DNA of 63,942 nucleotides, counting the filler, from Dugesia japonica (taxonomy: Eukaryota), in NCBI GenBank assembly GCA_001938525.1. It is 6 parts of 6 records of this genome, joined end to end, with 100 filler letters (N's around TTAATTAATTAA, not from the genome) between each part and the next. Parts side by side here need not be neighbours in the genome. Positions count along the whole stretch, not along the records: positions 43,962 to 55,645 come from MQRL01557003.1; positions 55,746 to 63,942 come from MQRL01493366.1; 4 more parts are not named here. One strand, 5' to 3'. The notes beneath the pieces were generated by a model. That model ran no database searches and was not told where the DNA came from. It saw nothing but the letters and a program-made list of their open reading frames with translations. The position numbers and the translations under genes are program-made. Shown here piece by piece: positions 47,263-60,808 of the stretch (positions are counted from its first letter, which is position 1; every line of letters starts with the position of its first letter).

Positions 47263-49202
47263 TGAGCGAATAATTAATATAAGACTAAAATATATAAATG
47301 GTTTATCACACTCGAAGAACTCATAAGAGCGATGATTAAAGCAATAAAATTATGTCTGAATGATTAAAAGCATTGATCTAGTTATTATTGGTTAGTATAT
47401 TATATTTAAGTAGTATTTTTAAATCCCGTTGATTTATTTATTTTTCCAAAAAGAATCTCAAATTCTAAATTTAAAATATTATAATTCCAAATAAAAAGAA
47501 GTCATCAATCAAAATGGCTTCTTTAATTTTATAAATTAAATAATTATTTACAACTTTGAAATATAATGATAAAGATTAACTTTCTAAGGTCAAATTATAG
47601 ATATAAAATATGAAGTTTTAAAACAGGCCTGGGCAAAAATTTTTGTTACACAGGTTAAGTTTTAAAAAAATAAAAAAGTTGTGAGGCATTTTTAAAAATT
47701 TTATTATCCAATATAATGTCAAATTGATTAGTATAAATTCTTTGGTATTTTATTAAATTAGAATATTTGTAAAGATCAAAACTCAACAAATCTATACAGT
47801 GTATAAATATTGTGATTATGTTTTGAGCGAGTTGAAATTTTTGTGTGNTTGGTGATCGTTTTTCTTGAAATTTTTTTTGAAAAAGATTTAAATTGAAATG
47901 AAAAATTAAATGACGAATAAGTAATTGTTTTTAAATTTTAATAAGTAAACAGAAAATTTATTTTAAAAAAATCTGTTTTAAAAAATCAAATGACTAAGAA
48001 GTAATCATTTTAAATTATGAAATTAAAAAGAAAATTTATTTTAAAAATCTTAAGATAAATTTAAATAAATTTTAAAAAAGATTTTAAGAAACGACCACCA
48101 TTTTAAAACAGGAATTTAATTTGTTTAAAACCTCAATTAGTGTTGTTAAAGTTTTTTATATTAATAAACCGTTGTATTGAATTTGAATTCTGATGTTAAT
48201 GATTCGATGAGTTTTNAAAACTCAAATAACAAATATAAAAAAGAAATCAGAAGAATTCGTATTTATGAAAGAAAAATCTTCTAGAAAAATATAGTTTTAT
48301 TTTGTAGTATATAAATTTACTTTGAAAGAACAGCTTGAATTTCCCCGTTGGTAGAGGAATTATTGTATGTTGCGATTCTTTGCTCTAACCGATTCAAGTT
48401 AAAGTGAAAGATTTTGCTTAGAATCTAATATTTAATTGAACTTCGAAGAATTAGCTAATTGTATTACCAGATAATTAAGAAAATTATATAAATCATATAA
48501 GTTTTGAAACATTGAGAAAAGTCACAATATGTCGAAATATTCTGAAATTGCTTTATACTAATTATAAATTTGAATATGGGTTCTGAATTAAATGTAGTAT
48601 AATATATTCATAGAAATCGCTTAACTAATATTATTAAATGACATTCCTGATAAATATTAATTTGAGAAATATAGGAAATTCGCTTAATTTACCAGATTCA
48701 TTTAATATTCAAAAGGGCATCGTAAGAAATCAATACATAACACTTATAACGCACAACTGACTTATTCATTATTCTATCGTGAAAATACACTTGGATGAAT
48801 ATTTTTTTGATTATTTTGTATTTTAATAAAAGTTTCTCAGTTTAACCACTTAAAATAATAAGCGACCACAACTTTAAAAAAATTAATTAACGGCAATATG
48901 AGCTTCTACTCCGAGACATTTTTGATCTTCAGTTGAATCGATAAAATATTAAATATATTCTAATAGTTTAAAATCGCAATAATTAGAAATAATTTGAAAT
49001 AAACTACATAGTTTTGAAATAAAATTTACTTAAAAACTTTACGTAATAAATNNNNNNNNNNNNNNNNNNNNNNNNNNNNNNNNNNNNNNNNNNNNNNNNN
49101 NNNNNNNNNNNNNNNNNNNNNNNNNNNNNNNNNNNNNNNNNNNNNNNNNNNNNNNNNNNNNNNNNNNNNNNNNNNNNCAAACTAAATCAACTAAAAACTG
49201 AC

Positions 49203-49312
49203 CTTTTTGTTCATTTTTGATAGTGTGTTCAAATAAACAGTAATTATTGTAGTTTTCTTGAATATGGAATTTATCAAATAGATGTTCGATTATTTCTTTG
49301 CAGGTGGATGTT
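49203..49312 (-). CDS. RASSF: RASSF (C-terminal Ras-association family) exon, RA domain
   Basis: TSTCKEIIEHLFDKFHIQENYNNYCLFEH aligns by eye to RASSF TxxEVIxxLLxKFxVxDNPxKFALFE. Splice sites CATTCAG| and G|GTCAGT. Confidence 0.75.
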
Positions 49313-50032
49313 CTGAATGACAAATAATAAAGAATATAAATAAATGAAAATTTCTAGATAATATCAAACGTAATGTATAAAACAGTTTTGTAAATATTTA
49401 TGACAATCGAAAATATTTACAAATCTAAATTCTAATAAAGCATCAAAAAAAAAATTTTCAATTATTTAAAACATCGATTTACAAAATCTACTTAGTAAAG
49501 AAATTTGTCAATTATTTCTGCCTACTTCACAAAGAAAATAAAAAATATACTATCTAGGAAGCAAAATTTTAAAATGAAAGTTAACACTAACTTTAGGAAC
49601 ACTCAATTTCTTTGTCAAATAAATCCATATTGAAGATTTGTATTTCTACATGTGTCAAATTAAAATTTTTCATAAATTCGCTGATTAAGTTGATTTATCA
49701 AAGAAAATATGCAAAAAAACGAAAAAGAATACTTATTACATTCAGTAAGTTATATTACATTTAAAGTATTTTCTAAAATTAATAAATAAGATTGNNNNNN
49801 NNNNNNNNNNNNNTTTTAGTACTGAAAACACAATACAACTTTTTTTGAAAAACATTTGTAGAAAATTAATAAAAAGCTTCAATGTCAAACAAATTGCCAT
49901 AAAATTGTAAAATTAGTTTATAATCCACTCGAAGATATGTATTATAACTCATTATTTTGAGAAAAATAATATTAAACTATATAACTCGAAGTTTAAAAAT
50001 GTTTTGCCTAAAAAATTATTGTTAATATTGAT

Positions 50033-50033
<1 letters not shown>

Positions 50034-50068
<35 letters not shown>

Positions 50069-50118
50069 NNNNNNNNNNNNNNNNNNNNNNNNNNNNNNNN
50101 NNNNNNNNNNNNNNNNNN

Positions 50119-50185
<67 letters not shown>
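50034..50185. repeat. (ATA)n microsatellite spanning a gap
   Basis: Direct reading. Confidence 0.97.
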
Positions 50186-53100
50186 TGACAGTGTATAATT
50201 GATTTAGCAAATTGTAAGTCTCACAACTAAGATTGATATTATTTGTCGTTTTACTTCGTCTTAGATTTGCAAAAATTAAAAATATTACTATTAAATTTTA
50301 AGTAATGAAATAATAATAATAATATTACATAATGAGAAAATCATTAATGTTATTTTATGATTGTATGTGTGTGTTAATTCGCCATGATTAATAGCTGAAA
50401 CGATAAAACAATATCAACACCACAATTTTAGATTTTTAAACCAAACACAACTAATGATTAAAGGTAGTTTTTATATTTCCCTCCAATTAGCCGAATAAAA
50501 TATCAATATTTAGTGTTGTAAAAAAAAAACGAAAATTATACAGCTGAATTGAAAATTTACAATGTTTATAATTATTAATATTTGTACTAATTGAAATATT
50601 TTTTATATCATTAAAACAGTCATGATTCTTATTTAGAAATAATGAATTTTAGATAAATTCAGTCAGAATGATATTCACAAATAGGTTCTTAAAATCTTAT
50701 GAAAATAAATTATGGACCGTTCGTAAAATACGTCACACAAAAAACTAAATATTGTTTAAAAATAATTATATTTCTTATTGATAATACAGAAATAATAGTC
50801 TATTACGTTTGTAAATGCGTAAAAAAGAAAAAATCTTCAGGCGTTTTATTAAAAGAATCTATTAAAAATTTAAATTTTGTTACACTTTCTGTTTTATAAA
50901 TGAACTCTTTTATGGAATGCAGCATTGCACGAGACGAGCAATAAAATGTAAATAAACAAAAAATAAGCTAATTAATGGAATTTGTTTTTATAATATCTTT
51001 GAATTAGAACAATAATTAATAATAATTATTATTAAACTGAACATAAAATTTGGATGTGACCACATTTCTGAGAACTACCTTCTCTAATCGTTATAAATAT
51101 CTTCTTAACTACTCTCTAAAGTGCGCGATGTAATTTAAATAATTTAAAAATTACAAAAAAGGAAATTTTTTTAGATTAATTTAATTTTCAAATAAATATT
51201 GTATTTTCCATAGAAAATAAGAATTTCTGAACTCCTCACATTTACTAATTTCTATTTAAAATTAATCAAAACTATTACATAATTTCATTAAAATTTTTAT
51301 TAATTTTTTTTATTTTTGATTAATGGCTATGAATGATAATTGAATTAACTTATTTTTCATAAAACTCATTGAGTTTTGACTAATGCTCAAAAGCGTCATT
51401 GGAATAACAATTTCCAACCCAATAATGAGATTCAATAAATTATTAAAAATAAGAATTATTATTTCTAAAATTATTAATTTAACTCTTAAATACATAGTGT
51501 ATATACATATATGCTACATGGTTTTTAAAAAATGAGAGTTACCTAAACTAAACCTAGGAGATATGCAACAACATGTGTACAATGATTTTTTTTAGTATTC
51601 CGCAGATGGGATTTATATGAACCTTTGGGAAAATTAGATGATGTCAGCAAAGGAAATCCAAAAATATTTTTTTAAGTAAAATGATACAATCATACATTTA
51701 AGGGTTAAGAGCTGCTTTTATTTCATATAAATTATTCAATAAATATAAAAATCATAATTCGAAATACTGTTACTTTTATTAAAAAAAACACATTTTTTAT
51801 TTATAGAAATTAATTAATAATAATCAAATAAAATCCATATTCAAGTTTAAAATAAATTAAAAATTTTTTTTTACTTTATAAGATTGTAATAATTAATTTC
51901 TATATTAACCTTTACATGGTGAGAGTTGACAATTTTTGAAAAAAACTTAATTTTTTAAGTCTTACACTGAGTCCATCATAAATCAATTTGTCAGATTGTT
52001 TTAATATAAACGGATTAAAATTTTTTGTATATTCATTGAGTAAAAATTTATTAAAATATNTGTATAATAAATAAATTTATTCGTAAGATTAGTTATTTTA
52101 AAATCAAATTTTTGAAAAATAAATTTTTAAACAGAGAAGTTTCAAAAATGTTAAAATTTTGAAATTCGTACTAAGAATGGTTTTTAATTTAATAGATTTT
52201 TTTAGGTGAATCTGTAACATTCATCTTTGCATTTAAAAAACGAACACTTCATTTCAAGATTTATTCAAGANAAAACAAAAACAAAAACTATCAATTTGTT
52301 TTTTTAAACAAATTTTTAAAACAATCTAACATTTTTATTTAATTCTCACCCAAGTTATTTAAAAATATTCAAAAACAATAAATTTTGAAAATTAATCATT
52401 TTACAAAATTTTGTGTTTAACAAAAAATATTCTTAATTAAATTTTGAAAATTAACATTTTACAAAATTTTATTATTAAAAAATATTTTCAATTAAATTTT
52501 CTAACTTTATTACATGAAATTAATTTAATTATTCATTAAATTATTTTCGTTAACAACTTCGGTTGAACTATCAAAAAATTTAACTATCTAAAACCATACT
52601 TACAGATTTATTTTAAAAAAGTATTAAATGTATTGTTTTACAATTGCAATTATTGCGANNNNNNNNNNNNNNNNNNNNNNNNNNNNNNNNNNNNNNNNNN
52701 NNNNNNNNNNNNNNNNNNNNNNNNNNNNNNNNNNNNNNNNNNNNNNNNNNNNNNNNNNNNNNNNNNNNNNNNNNNNNNNNNNNNNNNNNNNNNNNNNNNN
52801 NNNNNNNNNNNNNNNNNNNNNNNNNNNNAACCTAAATTTTGATCTAAGCTTTTATATTAAATGAATTAAATGTATTATTGAATATAAGTTATAAATTACG
52901 TATATTTCAAATTTAGTTTTTAAATTTATTAATAAGAATTGGAAATTAAACCGTTTTAAAAGATAAATTAATTAATTTTAATTTTTAAATATTTTGAGAT
53001 TTAAATATATTTTGTTTGTTATAAAATTTTAAGATTATAAATAAATTTTTATAATGAATTAATGATTTATTTTTAATAATTTTAAATAAAATAAAATTAA

Positions 53101-53650
53101 TAACGATTTAGGTTCAAATAAGAATTTTTCTATATTTGTTTAAAAATAAATTGATATTATTTTAGTTACTCCATCTCATAAAAAGTGGATTTAATAAATT
53201 ATTTTATTTGTATATATTTGAAAAATAAAAATTTTCTTGCTTTTTTAATTTTTTTACAAATCCACATTTTTTATGGGATGGAATATTTTTTTTTATTGTT
53301 GTAATATAATAAGCTAGTTTTTTAAAATCTTCGATGTGCCACATAGTCATCTAACACAATTAGTGTAGAAATNTACAAATTTCTAAAAAACTTATTAACT
53401 GGATTTCTTTATTAATGAAACTTAAATCTTATTAATTTTTCATTGTATTATATTAGCCATACTTCTCGAAAAGTATAAAGATAACTTTTGAGGAACTTCT
53501 TTGTCTTCTATGGTCGCAAAGAAATTTTCACGGCTCCATTCAGGGCGTCTGCTCTACCTTAAAAAACTATGATCTATATCAGTGATTCTCAAGGGGGGTC
53601 ATATGGTGTCCCGGAAGACCAAAAAATATATTTGGAAAATAGGGGGCTAC

Positions 53651-54094
53651 TTAGATCAGAATCTCTTTCTTTGCCTTCTTCTGTGCTGTTGCGTTTATCA
53701 GGAGTGCTGCTATTAAAGACTCTCTTGACAGATTATGACTAAGCAGTTTATTTGCCAGTTTTTCTACATCATGGAAGAATACCAAATTATTGGTATCACC
53801 CTGCCTGTAACGAATGAATTCTTCTAGGTCTTCAAAAACGTCTCTTGGTCTTTCCACCAGTAATTGTAGCCTAGTTTCATACCCCTTGACTTTGTTTTCT
53901 GATGTTTCATACCTTTCTTCTAGTTTCGGGTCAATCATCTTGCCGATTACAATCTCTTGTAAATCTTTGGGAATTTTAGCCGCTTTGAAGAATCGACAGA
54001 CGTCTCTCAAGAATATGTCCCGATTGTCGCCTAAATTGAAAGGTCTCGGGTGTAACAAATCTGTTACTAAGTTTGAGCCTGGTGTGGTTGCCAT
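53651..54094 (-). pseudogene. LTR-retrotransposon gag fragment, 3'-truncated
   Basis: MATTPG...PRPFNLGDNRDIFLRDVCRFF...EFIRYRQGDTNNLVFFHDVEKLANKL resembles the retrotransposon gag RQxxxE region. It ends next to a Buster-type TIR CAGTGATTCTCAA at 53580. Confidence 0.6.
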
Positions 54095-55645
54095 ATTAGC
54101 CAGAAAAACACTATCCTCACCCAACATTTATTTAAAACAAAGTTACTATGACTTGAAAAACTGGATTAGAAAAGTTTTAAAATTCAAACAAATAGGCGCA
54201 ATTAATATTTTAATTTTTTTCTTTAAATACTTTAAATTTTATAAATATTTTAATTACGCATATAAATTCGAAATTAAACAATTCAAATATCATTCTCACA
54301 GCGACTATTGATAATCTCATATTATTTATAATCTCTATTTGATGTTCATCCTTTTGAAATATTCACTATTTTGATGATGGCCATTTTGAAGTATATCTAA
54401 TTTTCAACGATATAGATCAAATTAGAAACTACGAAAAATCAGATAAAACCAGAAAATTGATTTTTAAAAAATTAAATTTTTATTCATAATATAAGAACAA
54501 TAATCAAATATTAATTTAAATACTATTACAATTAAAAAGAAAACAACATTAAAATAATAAAAAATAAATTAACGACGAAATAAAAATTGTGACCAAACAA
54601 AATATGTAATTAATAAATAAATAACAAGGAAGAACTAAATAGTAGAATATTAACTGAAAAGGCGGAAACTGAAGAAAAAACAGTGTAATACGAATGCAAC
54701 TATGTAAATTGATTTATAACTCTTTCACTTCTTTTAAAATAAATACACTTTTTTGAAAAACCCCAATATATTTTTTAAATAAAAACTCCAAACAAATCAT
54801 TGTTTTATCTATGTAATATTTTTACTTTGAAATAATTTTCAACTTATAAACTGACACAAATTAAATTTTTCTCTTAATCAGAAGCGACATAGTTAAGTAG
54901 GGTTTATATATATATATTATATATATTTTATATTATATTTTATATTATATATATTTATAAATATTATAAATAAAAATATTATAAATATTATATAAATATT
55001 ATATATATTTTATTTTCCAATAATATCAATTCTCAACTTGACAGTCATGATATTGCTAATTTCCAGTTTCAGTGACGAAAAAAATTTAAACGACAATTTA
55101 TTGCTTTTCTACAAAAACTATAAACAAAAACAATCTATTATTGAATATTATTATTTCTTTCAAAAAATTCAGCAACATAATCGATTCAGAATTTCATAAT
55201 ATTTAATAATTTATTAGTATTAGAAAGTATAAAGTTTTACATGAAAATCAAATTTTATGTCTATTTTCATGATGGCCACTTTAAAGTAGTCGCTATTTAG
55301 TGGTCCCCATTTTTGCCGTAAACCATAAATTTATATAACTTTGTGTTATTTAGTCCTCAAGTTTAAGAAACACAAGATATGATTTGTGAAATTTTATTTT
55401 TATATATTATTGTTTTTTCGTTGTTAAATTATAAATTTTTACATATATATGTGGCGTTTTCCTACAAATAACACTACTTCGGAATATAATNNNNNNNNNN
55501 NNNNAATATAATTAGTAATAATTTGGAATATAATTAGTAATATTTTCGAATATATTTAGTAATATTTTGAAAAATATAGTAATAGCACTGTAACATAAAA
55601 ATGAAAACAATCTATAAATTAAACGCAAATTTTAAATAATAAATT

Positions 55646-55745
55646 NNNNNNNNNNNNNNNNNNNNNNNNNNNNNNNNNNNNNNNNNNNNTTAATTAATTA
55701 ANNNNNNNNNNNNNNNNNNNNNNNNNNNNNNNNNNNNNNNNNNNN
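55646..55745. other. Artificial scaffold-joining spacer
   Basis: N44 + TTAATTAATTAA (55690-55701) + N44. Confidence 0.95.
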
Positions 55746-56080
55746 ATTTTCTGCGATAGCATGGGGTTTTTCAAATTTGGCAATTAAATGATTTACTACA
55801 AATGATGCTTCAACAACTCAGACAGTTATTGTGAATCTTTTCTTGACGATTTGCCTCTTCAGGTCATTCAATTTTTGCATGAAATAATTTTCTTTCCTGT
55901 TTTTAAAGCTCCTGTGTTTGCTTTCCATGAACCGCTTCAGATTTGATGATTTCATACTATCGTTACTAAGAATCTCATAGCAGATGACACACTGATACCT
56001 TAGAATATCGTCATTAGAAGATCTAAATTAAAGTTTTAAATAAGCTTCATCGTATTTTCTTACAGCCTTCTGTCTTTATT
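55746..56080 (-). mobile_element. Buster-type hAT transposase N-terminal remnant, cut by scaffold end
   Basis: Minus strand VRKYDEAYLK, QCVICYEILSNDSMKSSNLKRF...H (BED finger) and IAKFEKPHAIAE. Confidence 0.85.
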
Positions 56081-56819
56081 TTTCAATGATCATACCATCA
56101 TTGACGAATTCTTTCATTGGGCCAATATTTAACTAGTTAATTTATAAACACTAGTTAATAAAGAGAAGAATAAGAAGTAAATGGAAACAATAAGATTTTA
56201 AAAAATGACAAAATATAATAAAATGATGATGCATTAGCATATATTCAAACTTTTTTAAAGTTGAAACATATCTTAACCCTCTTGTTCCTGAATGGTGTTA
56301 TAATCTACCCAAAAATTCTTATTATGTCAAAATTTTGTGAAATTTAAAACGTATCTATGTGACATTTTTCATTCCTTGCAGTTATTTTATATTATTCTGA
56401 ATTTTATACATAATATAAAGATGTTCATAGCTTATTATGAAATTTATTTTAGTAGAATACTCAAATTTTAATGGGATCCTTTGTATCCAATTCCGATCCT
56501 TTATTTCATTTTTGAAGTTTCAGTACTCGAAGGTTAAAATAGTAACTATATGATAACATGGGTTTTATTTAAATTTATTGTCTCTAAAAATTTTAGACAT
56601 TTCAAAATAATCTGAAGTTTAGAATCATTTTAAGAAAAATTAAGCTCTTAATGGATACGTTGGAAGTAAAGGCTTTGATATGTCTAAAAGTCTTTTAGTT
56701 GAAAGGAAATACATTTTAAAATTTTATAGAATAAAAAAAGGAAACAATTAGTATTATCAATGAACTATAAGAAAAAACGCAAAATTTTCAATAACAGTAA
56801 ACTGATAATTCTAAATGAA

Positions 56820-57682
56820 TACCTCAATGTTTCAATTTTACACAGCTGTCAATAATTTTTGAAAAAATTTGATGTGTATGCATTAGATTTAGTTCACATG
56901 AAAGGTAATGCAGAACAAACAAAACTCTACGTTAAATTTGAATTGAAAAAATTAGAAATAGATATAGAGAAATATAATATCATCAACACATAATGCGGCT
57001 TCGGTTATGATCAAATATGGACAAATTTCGGGCCTCATATCTCAACGTTGCTATAACCATGGTCTGTATTTAATAATAATCGATGTACTGTATGAACATC
57101 AATCAATTGAAGAAGACAAAAATTTTAAAAGTATTCATGTATTTGTTTATGACAGCGCTCAGAACGATGACTTAGAGCTTGTAGTTGATGTGGAAGAAAT
57201 CACGAATCAAAGTGAGTTAGAAAGTCAAAACACTGCAATGGTTTATAAAAATTCACTGTAGCAACAATTGAAAGTGGCAATTTTCTCAATTATCCCTGTT
57301 GAAAAGAAGAAAAATATAATTACAGGATTGCTGACAATTAGATTTCATAATTTTAACAAATTCCAAAACAAGGGTAGATAATTTAAGTATATTACGTAAT
57401 GCACTTTTTACAATAAAACCCAACATCTATGGCACCGAACGCGTCTTCTCAATTACAGGCCTGGCTAAGATAAAAATTAAAACTCACCTAAATTTTGAAA
57501 CTTTTAAAAATGAAATAAATTTAAGCTATAACTTTTTTATTATTTTATGAATTAATAATGTATATAATTTAAATATTTGAATTCAGTCTATTATCTTTTA
57601 TTTCTCTTTTTTATCCGGTTATCTTGATTTTTCTATATCCGATATGCGGATAATCGTTTTTGTCGAATAATTGGAAATCCTA
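56820..57682 (+). mobile_element. Ac-type hAT remnant
   Basis: MIKYGQ...QRCYNHGLYLIIIDVLY (CxxH motif, same family as 59503-59865). Right end ...TTGGAAATCCTA (rc TAGG) with CCGATA/CGGATA subterminal repeats. Confidence 0.65.
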
Positions 57683-58159
57683 GTGTTCATTTAAGCTCGT
57701 ATCTTAGATCATTAACTTCAAGCACAACTACACTGATGTTAAATGAATGGAGAAGGAAACAACGAAACATCTCATAACTACCCTCCTTATTATAAATGAT
57801 AACACTCATCAATTATCATTCATCTAAGTGAAAACGATATTATGTTGGGTACTCGACTCAACTTATTTTTATTACAATTTATTTAATACTACTCCTATCA
57901 ATTATCATTATTTATATTATAAATATTATTTTAAAAATGTTGTTTTCAATAATAATTAACAAAATTCATTTTTAACGCATACCAAATATCAAAATGCAGA
58001 GATAAATATTGAATTATTTTTATTCACAGTCAAATCATGTAACACTAGTTTATTGTCAAAGACTTTANCTCTCTAATTTCTTTCTCTTTCTTCATAGGCA
58101 ATTGAATTTTTGACTGTAAGAGTGATAAAATATAATGATTATATTTAGATTTTTATTAT

Positions 58160-58443
58160 TTATTTTATAGTGGCTATAGGCCATATTAGTATATCTTTCC
58201 ACCCAAAAATGCTTATCGTCTAAGCATGACAGTGTACATTTCATGCTTTCGATAGTATACAGCTGGTGATTTACTGATTGAAAGCTAGTTTGCTTAACTT
58301 TAATAATTTCACAAACTAGTTTTTCTTCATTTTCTTCTTCATTTTCTTGCTTTAAACTAATACCCTTGGCTTTCATCGTTATGGTTGAATCTTTCTTTTT
58401 CAAACTGTAACACTTTGTTGCAACAAAACCCATTCATCATAAT
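58160..58443 (-). pseudogene. Polinton/Maverick protein-primed DNA polymerase B, C-terminal piece
   Basis: ATKCYSL...KAKGI...FQSVNHQLYTIESMKCTLSCLDDKHF...AYSHYKI matches the pPolB C-terminal pattern (KxY, KAKG, xHxIYT, LSxxDDKR, YGHY). Confidence 0.85.
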
Positions 58444-60739
58444 TAGGGTTTCTCATTTCTCGAAGTATTTTTATTCTCGAGAATTGCAAAATTTTTCCAA
58501 AAATTCTCGAGAATTTCAGGAATAATATAAGTTTGCAATTTTAAAATAAATACAAGTCAATTTGTTTGAATATTTTTAAATATTTTATTTCTTAAAATNA
58601 TATTTCAAAAAACAATATATTTGCTGATTTATCCGATAACTGATAAACGTTCCAGAAGTTAAAAAATGACGTTCATTTTGTGTTGAGGTAGGTCTTATTT
58701 TTAGCAGTGCATCAAATACTTGTAGCAAATTTTGAGTACTATTTCCAGTACATTCGTAAATATTGAGTTCTTTTGTCAATGATGTTTCACTATTTTCGTG
58801 AGGCTTTGTCGTGTCTGTATACATAGATATTGAACTTTATAATTGGTCATGCAAAGTTTTTGCAATAGCATTTCCACTTGAGGTATAAATTATAATTCAA
58901 CGTTATTAATACTATGGTTAATTTTATTACTAAAAATTCTTATTATTAGTGATTTTGCAAGTTTTAACATTTCTGATTTATTTGATTTAAAAAAAATCGT
59001 CATTTTCCTGAGTGAATTGTGAATTACTTAATAACTTTATTAGTGAAACCAGTGGTATTTTACAACGTTTAAATATATAAGCTTTCAATTCATCTAACAA
59101 CTCATTGGCCATACTGAAATTTTGATTTTTTAAATTATTAAACAAAAAATGAAGTGTACCTTCGCTGATCAATAGATTTGCATTATGTTTGCTGAGTTCC
59201 TCCACAACAAGCTTAACATTAACCATTTCTTTACAAACTTTTTTATATTCGTTTTTTCCACAGATACGATAAGTTTATTTCATTTAAAGCTTTAATGATA
59301 GGTTCTTCAAGCTTCATTAATTGGATAACCATATTTATTAAGCTATTCCAGTGAGTCTTACAATCGCGAATTAACCACAGTTCTCTTTTTTCAACAGCAA
59401 CAACTTCTTTTTGAAGAATAAAATTTCTCACTGGTGAGTTTTTAAATAATTTTACAATTTTCCGGACAGCATCAATGGTTTCACGAACAGTTTTTGCTAA
59501 AACTAGTTTTGTATCTGACTCAACGACATCTTCACTTTCAATATTCTCATCTTCATCGTTAGAAAATGATTTATGTTGGCTTTTCTAGTATAAAAAACCT
59601 TTATAACCACAAGATGAATTGAGTGATTATAACACAGTTGTTGAATGGAAGGAAATAATTTTCCGAATTTCTCCATTACCACTGCGCTATCACTTGTTAC
59701 AGCTATTACGTCTTTTTCGAATGATAATTTAAATGTTGTTAACATTTCGTCAACTAAATTTAAAGCCATTTCGGCTGGGCAAGAGCCATGTATTCTTGCC
59801 AGTCCGAAATCAAGTGAATTTTCATTATTATATAAATGCACATTCAAGTATCTACGGTTTCTCAAACTTCTAGATTCATCAATTGAAATACTAGTCTTCT
59901 TATTTTAATTTTTCAATATTATATTTTGGTTTATATACTCCAATTTAACATTCTCGTAATATGCAAAAATTAATTCCATAACATGAGAAGGATTTTTAGG
60001 AAGGTCATGCTTTTTCGTATAAAATCACTTTTTGCTATGCCATTTATGGAAAACCCATCAACTGCAGCACATTTTCAAACCAGCTCTGCGAGAGTTGGAT
60101 GGTTTATATATTTACCCAAAGTATTTTTGGTTTCAAGCATGATGAAATTTCAAAATCATTTGTAACGGCCTTTCTATTTAAACCATGAACTCCTCCTGTT
60201 GTAGACGAATTTTTGCACGCCAATTTTTATGCACACAGTTGACAATCATCGGTTTGATTCTTTTCGTCTTTTTTTGAAATGTGACCAACAGTTTAAATAT
60301 GTTTTGCTCATTTTGCTTGCCCTTAATAAATTTATTTTATAAATCAATTCATTCTAATTACTTAAATAAGTACACTATAATTTTATCTTTCAAACAACAT
60401 TTATGTATTTATTTTACGAAATAACTGGTAACTAACTTGCGTTATTACGAAAGAAATCACTACTACTAAATTGAAGGATGAATTGTTGAATGACTTTGTA
60501 AATCATAAATAATACAAAAAAATTGCAATTTAAAAAATAAAAGAATTTCACGATTTCGAATAATAAAATGTATATCAAGTTGCTTTGTATACCATGAATT
60601 ACTTGATATATATAATTGGAAAGATTAATATGATAAAAATTTAAAAAATTATTCATTAAAAAAAGCCTCTTTATAGTTCGTGGGCTAAGAAAAATTAAAA
60701 ATTATATTGGAAAAAAAGAATTCTCGAGAAAAAACTCTA
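58444..60739 (-). mobile_element. Decayed Ac-type hAT transposon inserted in Polinton pPolB
   Basis: Perfect 8-bp TSD ATCATAAT (58436-58443, 60740-60747). Termini TAGGGTTT and rc TAGAGTTT, with TTCTCGAGAA subterminal palindromes. Transposase motifs SIDE...RRYLNV, LCYNHSIHL, CKTHWNS and PTSTQNERHF. Confidence 0.93.
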
Positions 60740-60808
60740 ATCATAATCTTCTCCTTGACCTTCATCTTTGAACAACCCAATTTAGTTGGTTACTTCAGTA
60801 GTATAGAG
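60740..60808 (-). pseudogene. Polinton pPolB middle piece between the two hAT insertions
   Basis: The minus strand reads LYTTEVTN*IGLFKDEGQGE (GxFKDE motif). Confidence 0.8.

Noticed and set aside
46300-48940. Possible further Penelope remnants and hammerhead-like pieces (GGTCGAAAGC at ~47225, GTCGAAATAT at ~48531, minus-strand CTGAAGA at ~48930)
   Set aside because: The cores are incomplete and the protein motifs are too decayed to call.
49560-52050. Candidate upstream RASSF exons (KYKSSIWIYLTKKLSVPK; LNEYTKNF...YDGLS)
   Set aside because: The similarity is weak and no phase-consistent chain to exon 49312 could be built.
53814-54311. 165-aa plus-strand ORF
   Set aside because: It is the antisense shadow of the gag fragment. 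The same applies to 6651-6833, 14428-14868, 15634-15822 and 59645-59908.
56277-56533. TTAA-flanked possible piggyBac MITE
   Set aside because: The terminal inverted match is too weak to support a call.
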